A program made the position numbers and the translations under genes. Shown here piece by piece: positions 36,521-49,438 of a stretch of DNA of 64,000 nucleotides. This DNA is from Gekko japonicus (taxonomy: Eukaryota). Position 1 is the first letter of the stretch, and every line of letters starts with the position of its first letter. The notes beneath the pieces are model-generated. The model saw nothing but the letters and a program-made list of their open reading frames with translations, ran no database searches and was not told the DNA's origin. Location: positions 2,422,328-2,486,327 of the forward strand of contig NW_015163604.1 in NCBI RefSeq assembly GCF_001447785.1. The letters run 5' to 3'.

Positions 36521-37235
36521 TTTTCCCTCTAGTGGCAAGGTCTTGGTTAGGTAAAGCTGACAACATAGTCTCCCTTAAAATTCAGATCCACTCCAATTAA
36601 AGTTTCTATTTTCACACTGAAAGAACTATGTACCATTATTGAAAGGCACATGCTGAATTCTTTAAGGGTAGCAGTGACATTTTGAAATCCGTTTGCATTT
36701 TAAATGTCGACATCTAAGAAGAAGAAAAAAGTCTGTAGTAAGTTACAGCCTTCTCTTTCTAGCCATGTTGGTAACTAATTCTATAAACCTAAAACATAAA
36801 ATGTGTTCTTGTACATTCAAGTTTTTTCCCCCTTTCTACTAGGTAATCTAAGCACATCTTACTGTTTTTCAAATGACAAACGAAATAACATAAGATAAGG
36901 ACACTACACTTCTGTCAGTCATGGGGCCACTTGCTGTTTAAACAAGGTTTTAAAAGCTGCTCACCTGCATTTTTAAACATACTTGAAACGGCCATAAATC
37001 TGCAACGACACAAAACAAGCCCAGCGACAATGGGACCCTGGAGAATGTTGGTGGAGTTTAAACATGCAGAGGAATGGAGCACCAACTCTCTCCCTCTGAT
37101 AGAGGAGAGGGAGAGAGGCTTAGCTAACTGACTAACTGCTGTGAAAGACAGGAACAAAGGGGGAGAGATCATAACTGGGTATCATCTGCAGAGATGGCTG
37201 CTGTACTGCTTAGCCCCAGTTCCACATCATTTATC

Positions 37236-37511
37236 AGAAGGAGGAGAAGAGGAGGAGGAGATTGGATGTATACCCCGCCCTTCACTCGGAGTCTCAGAGC
37301 GGCTTACAAACTCCTTTCCCTTCCCCTCCCCACAAGAGACACCCTGTGAGGTAAGTGGGGCTGAGAGAGCTCTTTCGAGAACTGCCCTTTCAAGAACAGC
37401 TCTTGTCAGAACTATGGCTTGGCCAAGGTCATCCAGCAGCTGCAAGTGGAGCAGTGGGGAATCAAACCCAGTTCTCCCAGATTAGAGTCTGCACACTTAA
37501 CCACCAAACTG
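37236..37511 (-). mobile_element. Squam3-like SINE
   Basis: Reverse complement of the 11458 body. Confidence 0.85.
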
Positions 37512-39255
37512 AGCCCCACGTACCTTGCGTAGAATCTTTACACCCCGTAGTTGAAGGTGGAACTTGCTGCTTGATTCTACTTCCCCCATGCACATCCATT
37601 CTTCCCAAAAGGTTGTTTGAAAAGGCTAGAAACTTGAAACATTTTTGTAAACTATCTTGATATTGCTTCACTTACTCTGCAGTACCTAATCTGTCTGTGC
37701 AGGTTAATTAATTGCCACTTTCAGCCCTCTGATTGTTAACAGTAGGAACCAGCATTTCTGTTATTGGCACAGTAAGAAGCAAGTGCTCCCCCCCCCAAAA
37801 AAAAGTTGGCTTTGCTTTTCTACATGAAGACAAATGGTTCTGTTCAGCTACAGTAGTCACTGTGTCAAGAGGGGTCAATGTTAAATTTATGCTGCTGTTT
37901 ACTTTCCCATATTTAATTGGAAGTGGTTTCTTTGGGGAATTTTCTCTCTTCTGTTGAGTTTTTCCATTTTTGTTTTAGTTTCACCTACATTACAGTGCTC
38001 TGAAAGGATCTTTCCTGCTTACATCAGAGAGGTAAGCTGAATATTTGGTTGGGAACACAAATGAGGACATTAGAAGAGACTTGGTGAGGATATCCCTGCT
38101 TTTCCAAGCTTTGTAAAGAAGGACAAAAACACCAAGCTTACCTAGTTATTTCCCTTCCTTTGCAGCTTGGCAGAAAAAAAATAGTAGGATAGCTTGGCTT
38201 TTATCACATTCCTAGATTTCAGGGTTTGTGTGTGTATGCAAATTTTGTGTTCTTTACATACGGTCCTTTTTATTTATTCATTATTCTTGAATTCAGAATA
38301 TCTGCTGCCTGTTTTCTAGCATGTTTCTGATTAGTAGAAGTGGAGGCACTAGAATACCCAATCTTCCCTTTTTTTCACGTGTGTTTGGGAAGAGGCATGT
38401 ACCTTAAGCCTGTGCCTACGTCAATGAGGCTGGCTCTTAGACTGTGCCTTGGAAACAACCCTAAATGCATTTGCAGGCCTCCTGTGTCTGGCAGAGAGGA
38501 GTTGCTCTTAGCGTTAAGATGTAAGGGGAGAAAGGCCAACAAATACAGAGGCCAGATGGCAACAGTTATTAGGCTTTAAATCTAGTCTCTTGCATCATGT
38601 TGGCTCAGAGGTGGTTTTTTGCTATTCATACTGAACCTTCATTCACATCTTTCAGTCCAGAAAACTGGCCTTTAATTAAGGTGATTATGCAGTTCTCCAA
38701 ATTTGATAAACGTTCTTAAAGAAACCAAGTCACGAAATGAATCTGAGGGCAGAAGAGAGAATGATCTTTTGACCTTACTGAATGTGTTTTTTGGGAAAAA
38801 AAGATTAATTCCATTCAGGCTTCAGTTCGGATTCTTTAGGTAAATGCAATGAATGTAGATCAACAGCAGAATATGACTGTGGCCTTTATTCTCTCACTAG
38901 GAGTAATGCCCGTTGTGGGAAGAAATACAACGAGATCTAGAAGGAAGCTCCAGATGAGTGTCCCGACTGTGGCTGGTGGGGCAGCAGAGGGAAGCGGAAA
39001 ATGGAGGGAGGTCAGCCATGTTTCTTTCCTTCTGCTTAGCTATAAGGCAGGGCTGTCTCAAGTAATTTTGCTGCCCCAAGTGGGTAGAATGTGAGGACAG
39101 CCTCATGGTAACAGATATGGTTCTCTCCACCTCTGACTTATTTTTTGAGGGGGAGGGGGGTGTTACGCAGTGGCAGCTAAGGTAGAAAAGCACCTCCTCC
39201 AGTGCCATGTTTTCTGGGTTCCAAGGGTCTGGGAAGTAGTTCCATAGCTGATTAC

Positions 39256-39468
39256 ACGGTTGCCAACTCTGGGTTGGGAAATACCTGTAGATTTGAGGGG
39301 TAGAGCCTGGGGAGGGCAGGATTTGGGGTTGGGAGGGACCTCAGTAGGGTATAATGCCATAGAATCCACTGCCCAAAGCAGCCATTGTCTCCAGGAGAAG
39401 TGATCTTGGTCATCTGGGCATCAGTTTTAATAGCTGGAGATCTCCAGGTACCACCTGGAGGTTGGCTT
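39256..39468 (-). mobile_element. hAT MITE family C inside a duplicated block
   Basis: GGTTGCCAACTCTGGGTTGGGAAATACCTGTAGATTTG..CCACCTGGAGGTTGGC. Confidence 0.75.
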
Positions 39469-39626
39469 ATATTAATTTGGGGCTATGCAGTCACAGCTAA
39501 GGTAGAAAAGCACCTCCTCCAGTGCCATGTTTTCTGCATTCCAAGGGTATGGAAAGTGGTACCATAGCCGATTACATGGTTGCCCACTCTGGGTTGGAAC
39601 ATACCTGTAGATTTGAAGGGTAGACT

Positions 39627-40520
39627 GCCTCTCCAATGTGGGAATTCAGGGGCTAGCCTTGTAATGGCTTGCCTCCTTTCTCCAAGGTCGGGGACAAAGG
39701 GTGGCGCTAGGGGAACAGCTATCCCAGAGACACCCACTGGATTGTGGTGTGCCTCAAGGGGTGGTGCTGTTCCCGATGCTCTTCAACATCTATATGCACC
39801 CCCTTGCCCAGAGGCATGGGCTGGGTTGTCACAAGTATGCAGATGACACCCAGCTCTATCTGCTGTTGGGTGGCTAGTCCGATTCCAAACCAGAAGATCT
39901 GGAACGGGCGTTACAGGCTGTGGCTGGTTGGCTTAGACTGAGCTGACTGAAACTGAATCCGATGAAGATGGTGATGGTCACCTTGAGATTGGATTACTGT
40001 AATGCTCTCTACATGGGGTTGCCCTTGTCTCAAATCTGGAAGCTGCAGCTGGTGCAGTTTGTTTCCAGGTTCAGTTCAAGGTGCTGGTATTGACCTTTGA
40101 AGCCCTATATTGTTTGGGGCCAGCATACCTTAAACATACCTTCTCCCATATGAACTTACCCATCCACTGTAGTCACCTTTGGAGGCCCTGCTTCAAGTGC
40201 CCTTGCCACATTGTAGGCTAGATGGGCTACAACCAAGAAAGGGCCTTCTTGGTCATGGCACCAAAACTCTGGAACTCCCTCCTTAGGGCAATTAATCTGT
40301 TTTCCTCTACTGTTGAATTCTGCAATTGGGTGAAGACTTTTTGTTCTGTTTGGCATAACTCCAATAACTGCTATTACCCTTTATCCTGGTTTTTGGTGCT
40401 ACGTCTACATGTTTTTATTGACTTATTTTATTTTAAAAGTTTTTAATGTTTAATGTTTGTTGCTTTGGATACTCTATTTGGGTGGAAAGATGATACATAA
40501 ACATTTTAAATAAATTGATA
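39627..40520 (+). mobile_element. L2-clade LINE, multiply deleted
   Basis: CGVPQG..PMLFNIYM..CHKYADDTQLY RT motifs, RLDYCNALY, APKLWNSL, A-rich end. Confidence 0.88.
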
Positions 40521-40916
40521 AACAATGACAACTTCAAGAGCTGAAGTTAAAGAAGAAGAACACTTATTAGTTGCCTTTCTTCCATATGGAGCTCAAGACG
40601 CCTTACAATATAGATAAAATACATAAAACACATTAAAAACCAACAGTTAATCAGAGGTATCAATGACTATATCTAAAACAGTGAATTTGGGAGGAAAAAG
40701 AATTTCCCCTTTCTAAAACAGATCAGTATTCTTTTATGGCCCTTTGAGATGGGGGGGGGGAAATCACAGAGAGAGATCACATTAGAAAACATTAGGGATA
40801 TACCATCACCTCACTATCATAAAGTGTCCTTATCTAAGCTTGGTGTCACGTTTGCCTGCTGATAACAAGCAGCACTGGCAGCAGGAGTTGACATTGTTGG
40901 GCATATGCCAAACCCT

Positions 40917-41280
40917 GGCTCTGATCAGATGCAGACTTTGCCGCGGGAGTGGCACAAATGCTGGGTGGATTATAAGGGCGCGATCACACAGCAACATCTG
41001 GCCAGTGTAGCGCACCCGTCACAGCTGGCCAAAGATGCGGAGTAAAAAGCTACCTTCGAAAGTCCACTAGCAAACGGTTTGCGACTGGCCGCTGCCGGAC
41101 TCTCTTTGTGTGATTGCTCCAGCGCGTTCCTCTTGTGTCATTGGAGTGCACCAGGAACATGCACCAAGGAAGGAAATTGGCATTGCGTCTGATTGTGTTT
41201 GCAGTGGGACACACTGTGCCACCACAAACAGCCACGCCTCCCCCCCCCACGCGTTTCCCGGCAAGCATGAACGGGGGCCC
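40917..41280. mobile_element. CpG-rich Harbinger-like MITE
   Basis: Shares CAAACAGCCACGCCTCCC and AAGATGCG with the 7182 element; GGC..GGGGCC ends. Confidence 0.55.
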
Positions 41281-41489
41281 CTGTTATCTAGTAGAGGGTT
41301 TGCCCCCTAACTGGAGATGCTGGGACAATCTTTCCAGTGGGAAAATGCTTCCAGGCTGAGAACCAAGTGATGTACAAGAGAATTGTGCTCTTCTTCTTCC
41401 TCCTCCAGGCACCCTTCTCAATTAATCCCCAATTTTGCAGTGACTCCTTCTTGGTCCTTTCTATCAATCTACCTCGTACATTTTTACCT

Positions 41490-41890
41490 CAAGGGACCTC
41501 AGAGAGGTGTATGCGGTCCTCCCTTTCCCATTTTATCCTTACAACAACAGCCCTCTGAGGAGGGTTAGGCTGAGAGGGTGTGACCAGCCCAGGGTCATTC
41601 AGTGAGCTTCATGACAGTGTGGAAATTTCAACCCTGGTCCAAATCCATACCACACCATGCTGCATAACCAGTGGTGCTGGTAGATCTAAAAAGAGTAACC
41701 CCCAAAGCTAGTGTGGTATGATGACCAGGTTACACTACCAGATTAGGATTTGGGAGACCTGGATTCAAATCCCCACTTTGCCATGGAAGCTCACCGGGTG
41801 ACTGTAGCTACACCTACCTCATCAGGTAGCTGGGAGGCTAAAACAGAAGAGGGGATCATAATTAAGTATGCCACCTTGGGTAGACAAGCT
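41490..41890. mobile_element. Two old MIR/Ther1-like SINE remnants, head to head
   Basis: CATTTTATCCTTACAACAACAGCCCT.. (minus) and TAGTGTGGT..GGATTCAAATCCCCAC (plus). Confidence 0.6.
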
Positions 41891-42355
41891 TGGAATATAT
41901 ATGGAATCTGAGAAAGGGATACTACTCTCCATGCCCTGTAGCTACAAGTGTGGGGGAAAGACTCATGACTGGGGAAGGGTGTAGCAACTGGGGTCTGAGA
42001 GGCCATATCTGTAAGGAGAGAATAAAGCCACAAGGTGGGGGCGAAAGGTGGTCATGGTGGGGGGAGGGGAGCTGCAGTGGAAGGACTCATTGACACCCTG
42101 AGCTGGTTGTTTGGTCCTTTGCTGTTTCACAACAACAGGAGTTGCTCGTGTTTGTATACTGTCATTTTATTCTACAGTACCTTTGTGTAGCCATGGCTAT
42201 TAAGAAAAGCCATGATGTAACCAAGTACAAGGACTTTGGGTCCTAAAAGGCTTGGCAGTGGCTAAATGGCAGTGGCTAAATGCTTTCCCAAAGCGGAAAG
42301 CAACAGTTATGCCGCATACTGAAATTGGGGTGGAAGTAATGTAAGACTTTGTGGT

Positions 42356-42563
42356 TTGGGTTACCAACCTACAGGTGGAGCCTGGAGTACAACTGCTCCC
42401 CAGACAACAGATATTAGTTCCCCTGGAGGATTTGGCAGCTTTGGAAGGTGGACTCTAGGGCATCCCCTCCCAGCTGAGCTCCCTGACCTCCCCACATTCC
42501 ACTCTTGAAATCACTGCCCCCCCCAAACTCCAGGAATTTCTCGAGCTGGGGCTGGCAACTCTA
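42356..42563 (+). mobile_element. hAT MITE family C
   Basis: Ends TTGGGTTACC / GGCAACTCTA; TSD TTTGTGGT/CTTGTGGT. Confidence 0.75.
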
Positions 42564-42784
42564 CTTGTGGTTTAAGAAAGAGTTACCTTTGACAAGAAAG
42601 AAGCACAAAAGAAAATATCTTAACAATTTGGTCTGAACTTGGGGATCTGTTTGGACATTCAGATGTTTCATCTTTTCAGGAATGGTTCATCATCATTCCA
42701 TTCCTCAGCCTGCTCCCTTTTTGCTTATTACGTTAATCTTGTCTGGTTTTGTCATCTTAACTCCCAGTCGCCACCATCCCTTTT

Positions 42785-43062
42785 GTTTGGTGTAGTGGTT
42801 CAGTGTGCGGCCTCTAATCTGGGAGAACCGGGTTTGATTCCCCACTCCTCCACTTGCACCTGCTGATGTGACGTTGGGTCAGTCACAAGCTCTGGCACAG
42901 CTGTCCTTGAAAAAGAGCAGTTTGTGTCAGAGCTCTCTCAGCCCCACCCACCTCACAGGGTGTCTGTTGTGGGGAGGGGAAGGGAAAGGAGTTTGTAAGC
43001 CGCTCTGAGACTCCGAGTGAAGGGCGGGGTATAAATCCAATCTCTTCTTCTTCTTCTCTTCT
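42785..43062 (+). mobile_element. Squam3-like SINE
   Basis: Near-identical to the 11458 copy. Confidence 0.88.
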
Positions 43063-43132
43063 TTTGTGTCTTAAAAAATAACAAAAAAATAAAATCTTTG
43101 TCACTATAAAAGCTGGAATTAGCATCCCTCCT

Positions 43133-43285
43133 AGCCCAGATTAACTCGATCTCATCAGAGATGATAAGCAGGGCTGGTATGTTGACTGGCAGACCATCAA
43201 AAAAGACTGGAGCTGCTATGCAGAGGAAGCAATGGCAAAACTTCATGGGGTTGCCATGAGTCAGTTGTAACTGGAAGGCACACTG
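43133..43285 (+). mobile_element. 5S-headed RTE-tailed SINE (decayed)
   Basis: CGATCTCATCAG..TAAGCAGGG head; GGGGTTGCCATGAGTCAGTTGTAACTGGAAGGCAC tail. Confidence 0.55.
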
Positions 43286-43295
43286 TGCGTATTTG

Positions 43296-43591
43296 GAAGA
43301 AGAAGAGTTGGCTTTTATACCCCACTTTTTACTACCCAAAGGAGTCTCAGAGCGGCTTGCAATCACCTTCCCTTCCTCTCCCCACAATAGACACCCTGTG
43401 AGGTAGGTGGGGCTGAGAGAATTCTGAGAGAACTGTGACTGTTTATTGAATGATGCTTATTATGAATGATATTTATTGAGAACTGTAACTGGCCCAAGGT
43501 CAGACAGCTGGCTGTATGTGGAGGAGTGGGGAATCAAACCCGCTTCTCCAGATTAGAGTCCACTGCTCTTAACTACTGCACCAAACTGGCT
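43296..43591 (-). mobile_element. Squam3-like SINE (shorter subfamily) with AT-rich insertion
   Basis: Body match; GAGAACTGTRACTG duplicated around ~36 bp of AT-rich filler. Confidence 0.8.
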
Positions 43592-44399
43592 CCCCAGACT
43601 GGCTATTTAAAAGCTAAAATATATCACCTGTTAAAAGGCATTTCCTGTAGGTTTCATACAAGCTAAGGATTCCCACATATCCTCAAATCTGCAAAAGCCA
43701 GCCTAGTTTCAAGTTAAAAAGAAAATCTAATTCCATGAGATTACACACTGCTAACCTGCCACAGTACCTCAGTTGTACTAATTATGAGTCACTTCTGAAG
43801 ATCCTTTCTTCCTCTGATCTGTCAGGCAGACTTGGCGTTACTAAAATATAGTTTTGTGCATTAATTTCTATGTGACTGTTCTGAATAATAATAATAATGA
43901 GAGATAAGCCACTTTTCAATTAACTGCAACCTGCTGCTACTCACCAGTAGAGAGAAATTATTTGTAGATAATTCTAGACTTGTGTGACTTGAGAAGCTCC
44001 AGCTAGCACATTGCTTGACTCAAATCTTTTGAAACATTATGGAAACTAGGTTATTTTTTTAAAATCATTTGATTATGAGCAGCATGAGACTTTTTAATAA
44101 TTTGACAAGGTTTTATTTTTTTCTCTCTTTTCTCCTATTTATCTTACCGTACTGTATCATCGTTTTTGTATATGATTACCCTAACTACAGAGAGCTGGCT
44201 TCTAAGGCGCTGTGCTTGGGGGGCCTGACCCAGACTGCAAGATCCTCTGCAAAGGAGCAAAGCGGAACCCTGATATCAACGACTGAGTTAATGATGATTG
44301 GCAGCCCACTAAAGTCAAAGTACTCATGCTGAAGTGCATTTCATCCAACTGCGATCAATATGACTAGAGTGGCTGAAATCTTTGTATTCCATCACTAGG

Positions 44400-44620
44400 C
44401 ACTGGCTTGGATCCATCACAGTTTTTCTGTGGATGGAAGGATTTCTGCCCACAGAGTGTGACTTTCTGTCTTCTCTTTCCTGCTGTGGGTCCCTCATTTC
44501 CCCAGGAGCACCATCAGAAGGCATTATGGGCAGCAGCGGGAGGCTGGAAGTGAGAAAGTCAGACTACATGGGTAGAAATCCTTTCACCCATGGAAAAATA
44601 TTAGGGGATCCAAGCCAGTG
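44400..44620. mobile_element. Palindromic MITE
   Basis: CACTGGCTTGGATCC / GGATCCAAGCCAGTG termini with long imperfect inverted arms. Confidence 0.75.
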
Positions 44621-44654
44621 ATTTTTTATAGTAATTAAAAAAAAGATCTGTGTG

Positions 44655-44965
44655 TCCATCCATCTGCCTATGCATCCATTGGGGGTAGGCATAACTCATC
44701 AGAAAATAAAGCTAGGTGTCTGAAAATTGGCCACCAGTTTCTGGATGATCGTGGGATATGCAGTGTCTAAAACAAAGGGAATCAAAATACCCTTCCCCAC
44801 ATTATCTCCATGACCTCCCTGTTTTATCTATCATAATGAAATAATCTGTCCATCCGTCCATTTTGGGTGGGCATAACTCATCAGGAAATAAAGCTAGGCA
44901 TTTGATAATTGACCACCAACTTCAGGATGATCATGGGAGTTGCAGTGCTAGAACAAAGGGAATCT
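44655..44965. repeat. Diverged ~120-bp direct repeat, period ~182 bp
   Basis: GGCATAACTCATCAGRAAATAAAGCTAGG..GGATGATC..AACAAAGGGAATC occurs twice. Confidence 0.85.
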
Positions 44966-46635
44966 TACTCAGATTATCCCCAGAAAATTTACGATGGATG
45001 TGACTGTTTATTCCTTACAAAAAGAAGACTTCTTGAGGATGATGTGCACTGGAATACTGCAGAAGAAGCCAAATAAGAAGATCTAGATAAAGCAACTGTA
45101 ATCATTCTGGGAGAAAAATATGGGCAAACACCCCTTTTGAGGTTATCTCGCAGTGTATGCAGGGGCAGAAAGGCCCTTTACCTTTCTTTTCTCCTAGAAG
45201 GCCATGCTTACCTTCCTCTGGGATATTTCTAGGTCCCTTCTCATGCTGCTGGCTACACAAATGGCCAGCACTTGGCTACAGGAAGACTTGGAGAGAAAGG
45301 GGAAGAAATATGTATACAATGTACACTTTTGAATCCTGCAGTGCCTGTTCATGGAACTTGGATTCCTTGCAACCAAAAATAGTCCATGCAGATCATAGTA
45401 CATTCTGCATCAGAGAGGTTGATCAGCCTGTACATTGGCATTTTATAAGACACCTTTCCCTAACAAGTAACTATTGAGGCTGGGAGAGAAGATACCAGCT
45501 TTGGATGTTAAGCACATGAACTGATGCTGGTGGGTTCAAAAGCATGAACAAAAGAATGGCTGTACCTAGCCAGGACCTGGTGGCCTGAGGAATGGAATAC
45601 TGAGGTTGCAAGCCCAGTACATGATATGGTTTCTTGATGTCATTTCAAGTGCAGTTTTGTCTTTTCTGAATCCTGGTATACGGCATGAGATTGTATGTAT
45701 GTGGTGATTTGTTACAAAGTTTGTTCCAGGTCCAGAGAAATGATACTTGTGCTCCAATGATCAACATAACTTTAGTATGAATTTAATGGAAGAGCTAGTA
45801 GCAAAACAGTTTCTTAAACGTGTGATGGTCATCCACAAATATGACCACCTGAGAATGCCCTGTTAATAATACTTAGCATTTAGAGTGCTTTAAAGTACTT
45901 CACATCCATTATCTCACTAATCTTCTAAAATAGGCAAATATCTTCATATTATACGGTAGGAGGAGCAGGTTGAAAACAGATGGCCCTAATCTTTGGCAAG
46001 AGTGGGAAAGGGTTCATTTCAAACCCATAAAGGATTTAACACTTCACAAGATGGAACACATTTTTAATGGATTAAGACGATTTAAAGCAGAAAGCTATTT
46101 TTTCCCCAAAAAGATGTGAAAAACTACTGTAAGTAAAACAAACATACTAGCATACAAGAATCATCTGGATTTTACTTTTTGGGAAATAAGAGCTCACAAG
46201 AAATAAAGCAGGACTCGCCAAATATTAAAGTACCTCCGAAGAACTGAAAATGTGCAGGTTTGTGCATCCCTAGAGGCCCAGAAGTAAGTGTTCATGGCTG
46301 AAATGAGATTGAAGCAGGGACTTCTGGTTCCTAGTTCCTTCTTGCTAGGATGGTACCCTGAGTCCATTCATGCTTTTTTTCATGATCAAACAATTCACAC
46401 ATTACAGATGTCAAGTTTGGGGTCCCCAACCTGCGCGACAGTCAAATGTGAGTTGCAGGTTCTCTTCCAATTCACACACATATGGTACCCAGTTTGAATC
46501 TGAACACAGAGAGAGGGGACTTCAGCCTTCCTCCCTGCATTGTTTTTCTGACCTATCCCCATTTCAGTTGCTATGCCGACTCAACCAAGGACAGCAGCTG
46601 CCTTAGCAGTGATAACACCCCTTTACACTGATTTA

Positions 46636-46825
46636 TCATATGAACACATATGAGTGCATCAAGCTGCCTTATAGTGAATCAGACCTTTGGTCTATCATGG
46701 TCAATATTATCTACTTTGATTTCCAAGGTCTTCTACATCGTCTACTACCTGGTCATTTTGACTGGAGATGTCTGCAATTGACCTTTAACCTTCTGCATTC
46801 CAAGCAGATACTCTACAATAGGAGG
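46636..46825 (-). mobile_element. tRNA-derived SINE with CR1-type tail (Squam2/Anolis SINE2-like), decayed
   Basis: Reverse complement of 61955-62164. Confidence 0.6.
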
Positions 46826-47006
46826 CCAAAATTTTAGAGCAGGGACAAACCTTTAAAAACCTTTTAAGATATTTCCCAGACACTCTAGGAATGGATATGT
46901 GGAGCCAGAGGAAGAAGCAAACAGTCCACCCCCACAGCTGTTTCCATTGGTGAAAATGGCACAGAAAAGAGGCTGCTCCTTCCCCTTTCAGTGTTTGGAG
47001 CCACAT

Positions 47007-47545
47007 GGGGTGCAGTCAGACGGGCCGTTTAGTCCGTGTCTGGCCCGCCTCAGAAACCGATTTTATCTGTGTGATCACCCGGTCAACATCTGCCTCCCGT
47101 CCCCAGCCGTCGCTTTCTGGCTCAAAACAGCTTTAACCCAGAGTATTTTGATACCAGGTCCCCAAGTGATGTTTTCCTGATTCTCCGGTTCCAGCTGCGT
47201 TTCCCCCCTGTGTGATCACTCCTCCGGTGTCGAGCCACTTCCGATTTAAACCCCCTCCCCGCTCAAAAGCTGCCCGAGGCTTCTGCTTTTCACCCGCCAT
47301 TTTTAAAAAAGCGTTGGCAGTGTGCGCATAGGTGGAGGTCCACCACAGTGTTATTAAAAACAATGTTTAAATGGTGCCTAGTTTTAGCTTTTAGACGAGT
47401 TCGGGATCTCACGGAGGCCATTTTCGGCGGTAAAATTTTAAAGGGAAGTGTTCCTTTAAAGTTTAAAGGGAAGCGTTACAGCAGTTGGGTTGAAGTGGAA
47501 ATCACTGTTCTGCGCAGGCGTGAAACTTTTAGTTCCACAGATGGC
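47007..47545. mobile_element. CpG-rich DNA transposon remnant (Harbinger-like end GGTGCAGTCAGACG)
   Basis: TIR-like start, internal GTGTGATCAC repeats, CpG excess; other end not resolved. Confidence 0.4.
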
Positions 47546-47670
47546 TGCCTGTGCACATGCCCAGCAGGGCCATTTGGCCCGGGCCTCACATTCTCAGGGG
47601 GCCTGAAATTTACACTTTTTATGTTAAATCACATGTTAAATAAAAATGGGAACATTTATTACAAAGTCTT

Positions 47671-48081
47671 AAAGGTAAAGGTTCCCTTGCTCGAAAGCCA
47701 GTCAAATCCGACTCTAGGGTTGCGGTGTTCATCTCCGTTTCAAAGCCGAAGAGCCAGCGCTGTCCGAAGATGTTTCCGTGGTCATGTGGCCGGCATGACT
47801 AAGGCGCACGGAACGCTGTTACCTTCCCACCGAAGTAGATAAATAGGTACCACTTCCCACCTAATAGGCACCGAAGTAGATAAATAGGTACCACTTCCCA
47901 CCGAAGTGGTACCTATTTATCTACATGCAATTTCTTGCTTTCGAACTGCTAGGTTGGCAGGAGCTGGGACTAGAGACAGGAGGTCACCCCGTCTTGCGGC
48001 ACCCGGGTCTTGAACTGCTGAACTACTGACCTTCCACAGCCTGCAGTTCAGCGTCTTAACCACTTGAGCCACCGCAGCTCC
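47671..48081 (-). mobile_element. Sauria SINE with internal inverted rearrangement
   Basis: TSD TTACAAAGTCTTA; ~70 extra bp at 47837-47906. Confidence 0.92.
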
Positions 48082-48899
48082 TTACAAAGTCTTACAATAT
48101 TCTTTTTCTTATTGTACTAAATGTAAACATTTAAAATATAATGCTACTAATTTTGTATCATTGTTTTCACATTTCCTCATTTTTTAATTTACTGCCCCCC
48201 CCCTCAAAAATGGAAGTGGCCTGGGCCTCTCTTGACCTCTGAGGGGGCTTGGATGGAAATGCTTTTAACATATTTTAAAGGTTAGTCCCTGCTCACAATT
48301 CACTGCTAGTTGGGTCAGTCACCCGTGTCCCAACATGTATCAAATGTAGTATGTATTTTGGCCCTGAGCCACAGATCCTCACCCCTGAATCTTCCATACA
48401 TGCATATGAAGATTATACTCTCTTATTACCTCAGAGTCTTACTGCCTAATTCTGGAAAATTCCATTATACTAGCAACAGGAGAACCACTGTTTAGGTGCA
48501 GGATGTTAGGTTTCTGTTTAATTTGGTATCTTGCCATGAATAAAACTGAATGATGAATGTCTGTATTGAAGCTGTCAGACAAGAAATGTGATTGCCTATA
48601 AAATTAACACTGCATTCTTGAACATTCATAAACAGATTGTAAACATATTATGAATGAGTATGGAAGTGAAACCCTCACATAAACACCAGCATGTTGCACA
48701 GGCACTCTATATACTATCAAATAATATTATATAATGTATTATAGATTTTTGTAACATTTCAAACATAAAGATGTGTTGGTTGTTATTCTTTACAATATTC
48801 TCCTTATTTCAATGGAATAGTTATGCAGCTGAATGTGTAATTTTATTTTGTTTTTCTTTTAGATTTTGTTTGGAGATGACACATTGAGATGATAGGATT

Positions 48900-49126
48900 T
48901 CATTTATTTATTTATTTACTTAATTGATTAATGGGGATGGGTTCCCATAGTGGCTCAAGTTGGCTTTTCTACATTTTATCCTCACAAAAACAACCCAGTG
49001 AGGTGGATAGGCTGAGAGTGTGTGACTGGCCCAAGGTCACCCAGTGACCTTCTATGGTATACTGGGGATTCAAACTCGATCTCCCAGATCTTCGTCTCAC
49101 ACTTTACCCACTATACCACACTGGCT
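48900..49126 (-). mobile_element. Old MIR/Ther1-like SINE
   Basis: (TTTA)n tail, CATTTTATCCTCACAA core, ACCCACTATACCACACTGGCT head. Confidence 0.7.
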
Positions 49127-49438
49127 GTCAATGTGGGATCGCTAGAGGCTAAGGGTACAGACTGCATTCTCAGGAATCCTTTCTGGGTCCATTAGAATTG
49201 CACATTGTACAAAAAATGAGCAACAATACCAATAGAGATAATTTCAAAGTTCTCATCCTGCAGGTTTGACCTGAAAAATCAGCATTTAGATGTCCTCTGA
49301 ATTTAAAATGTGATTCTTTGGTTTTATGTCATGCTCTATTTCTTAACACTGATTTCTTGTTTCTGTGAAAAGTATACATGTTTCAAACATATATGCATTC
49401 TAATACATCAGCATTATATGTGTACCAGGTATTTACAT

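Noticed and set aside
37996-38031. Plus-strand 36-nt exon (tacag|TGCTCT..AGAGAG|gtaagc)
   Set aside because: Plausible splice sites, but no partner exons or recognisable peptide, and opposite to the better-supported minus-strand signals; such matches arise by chance.
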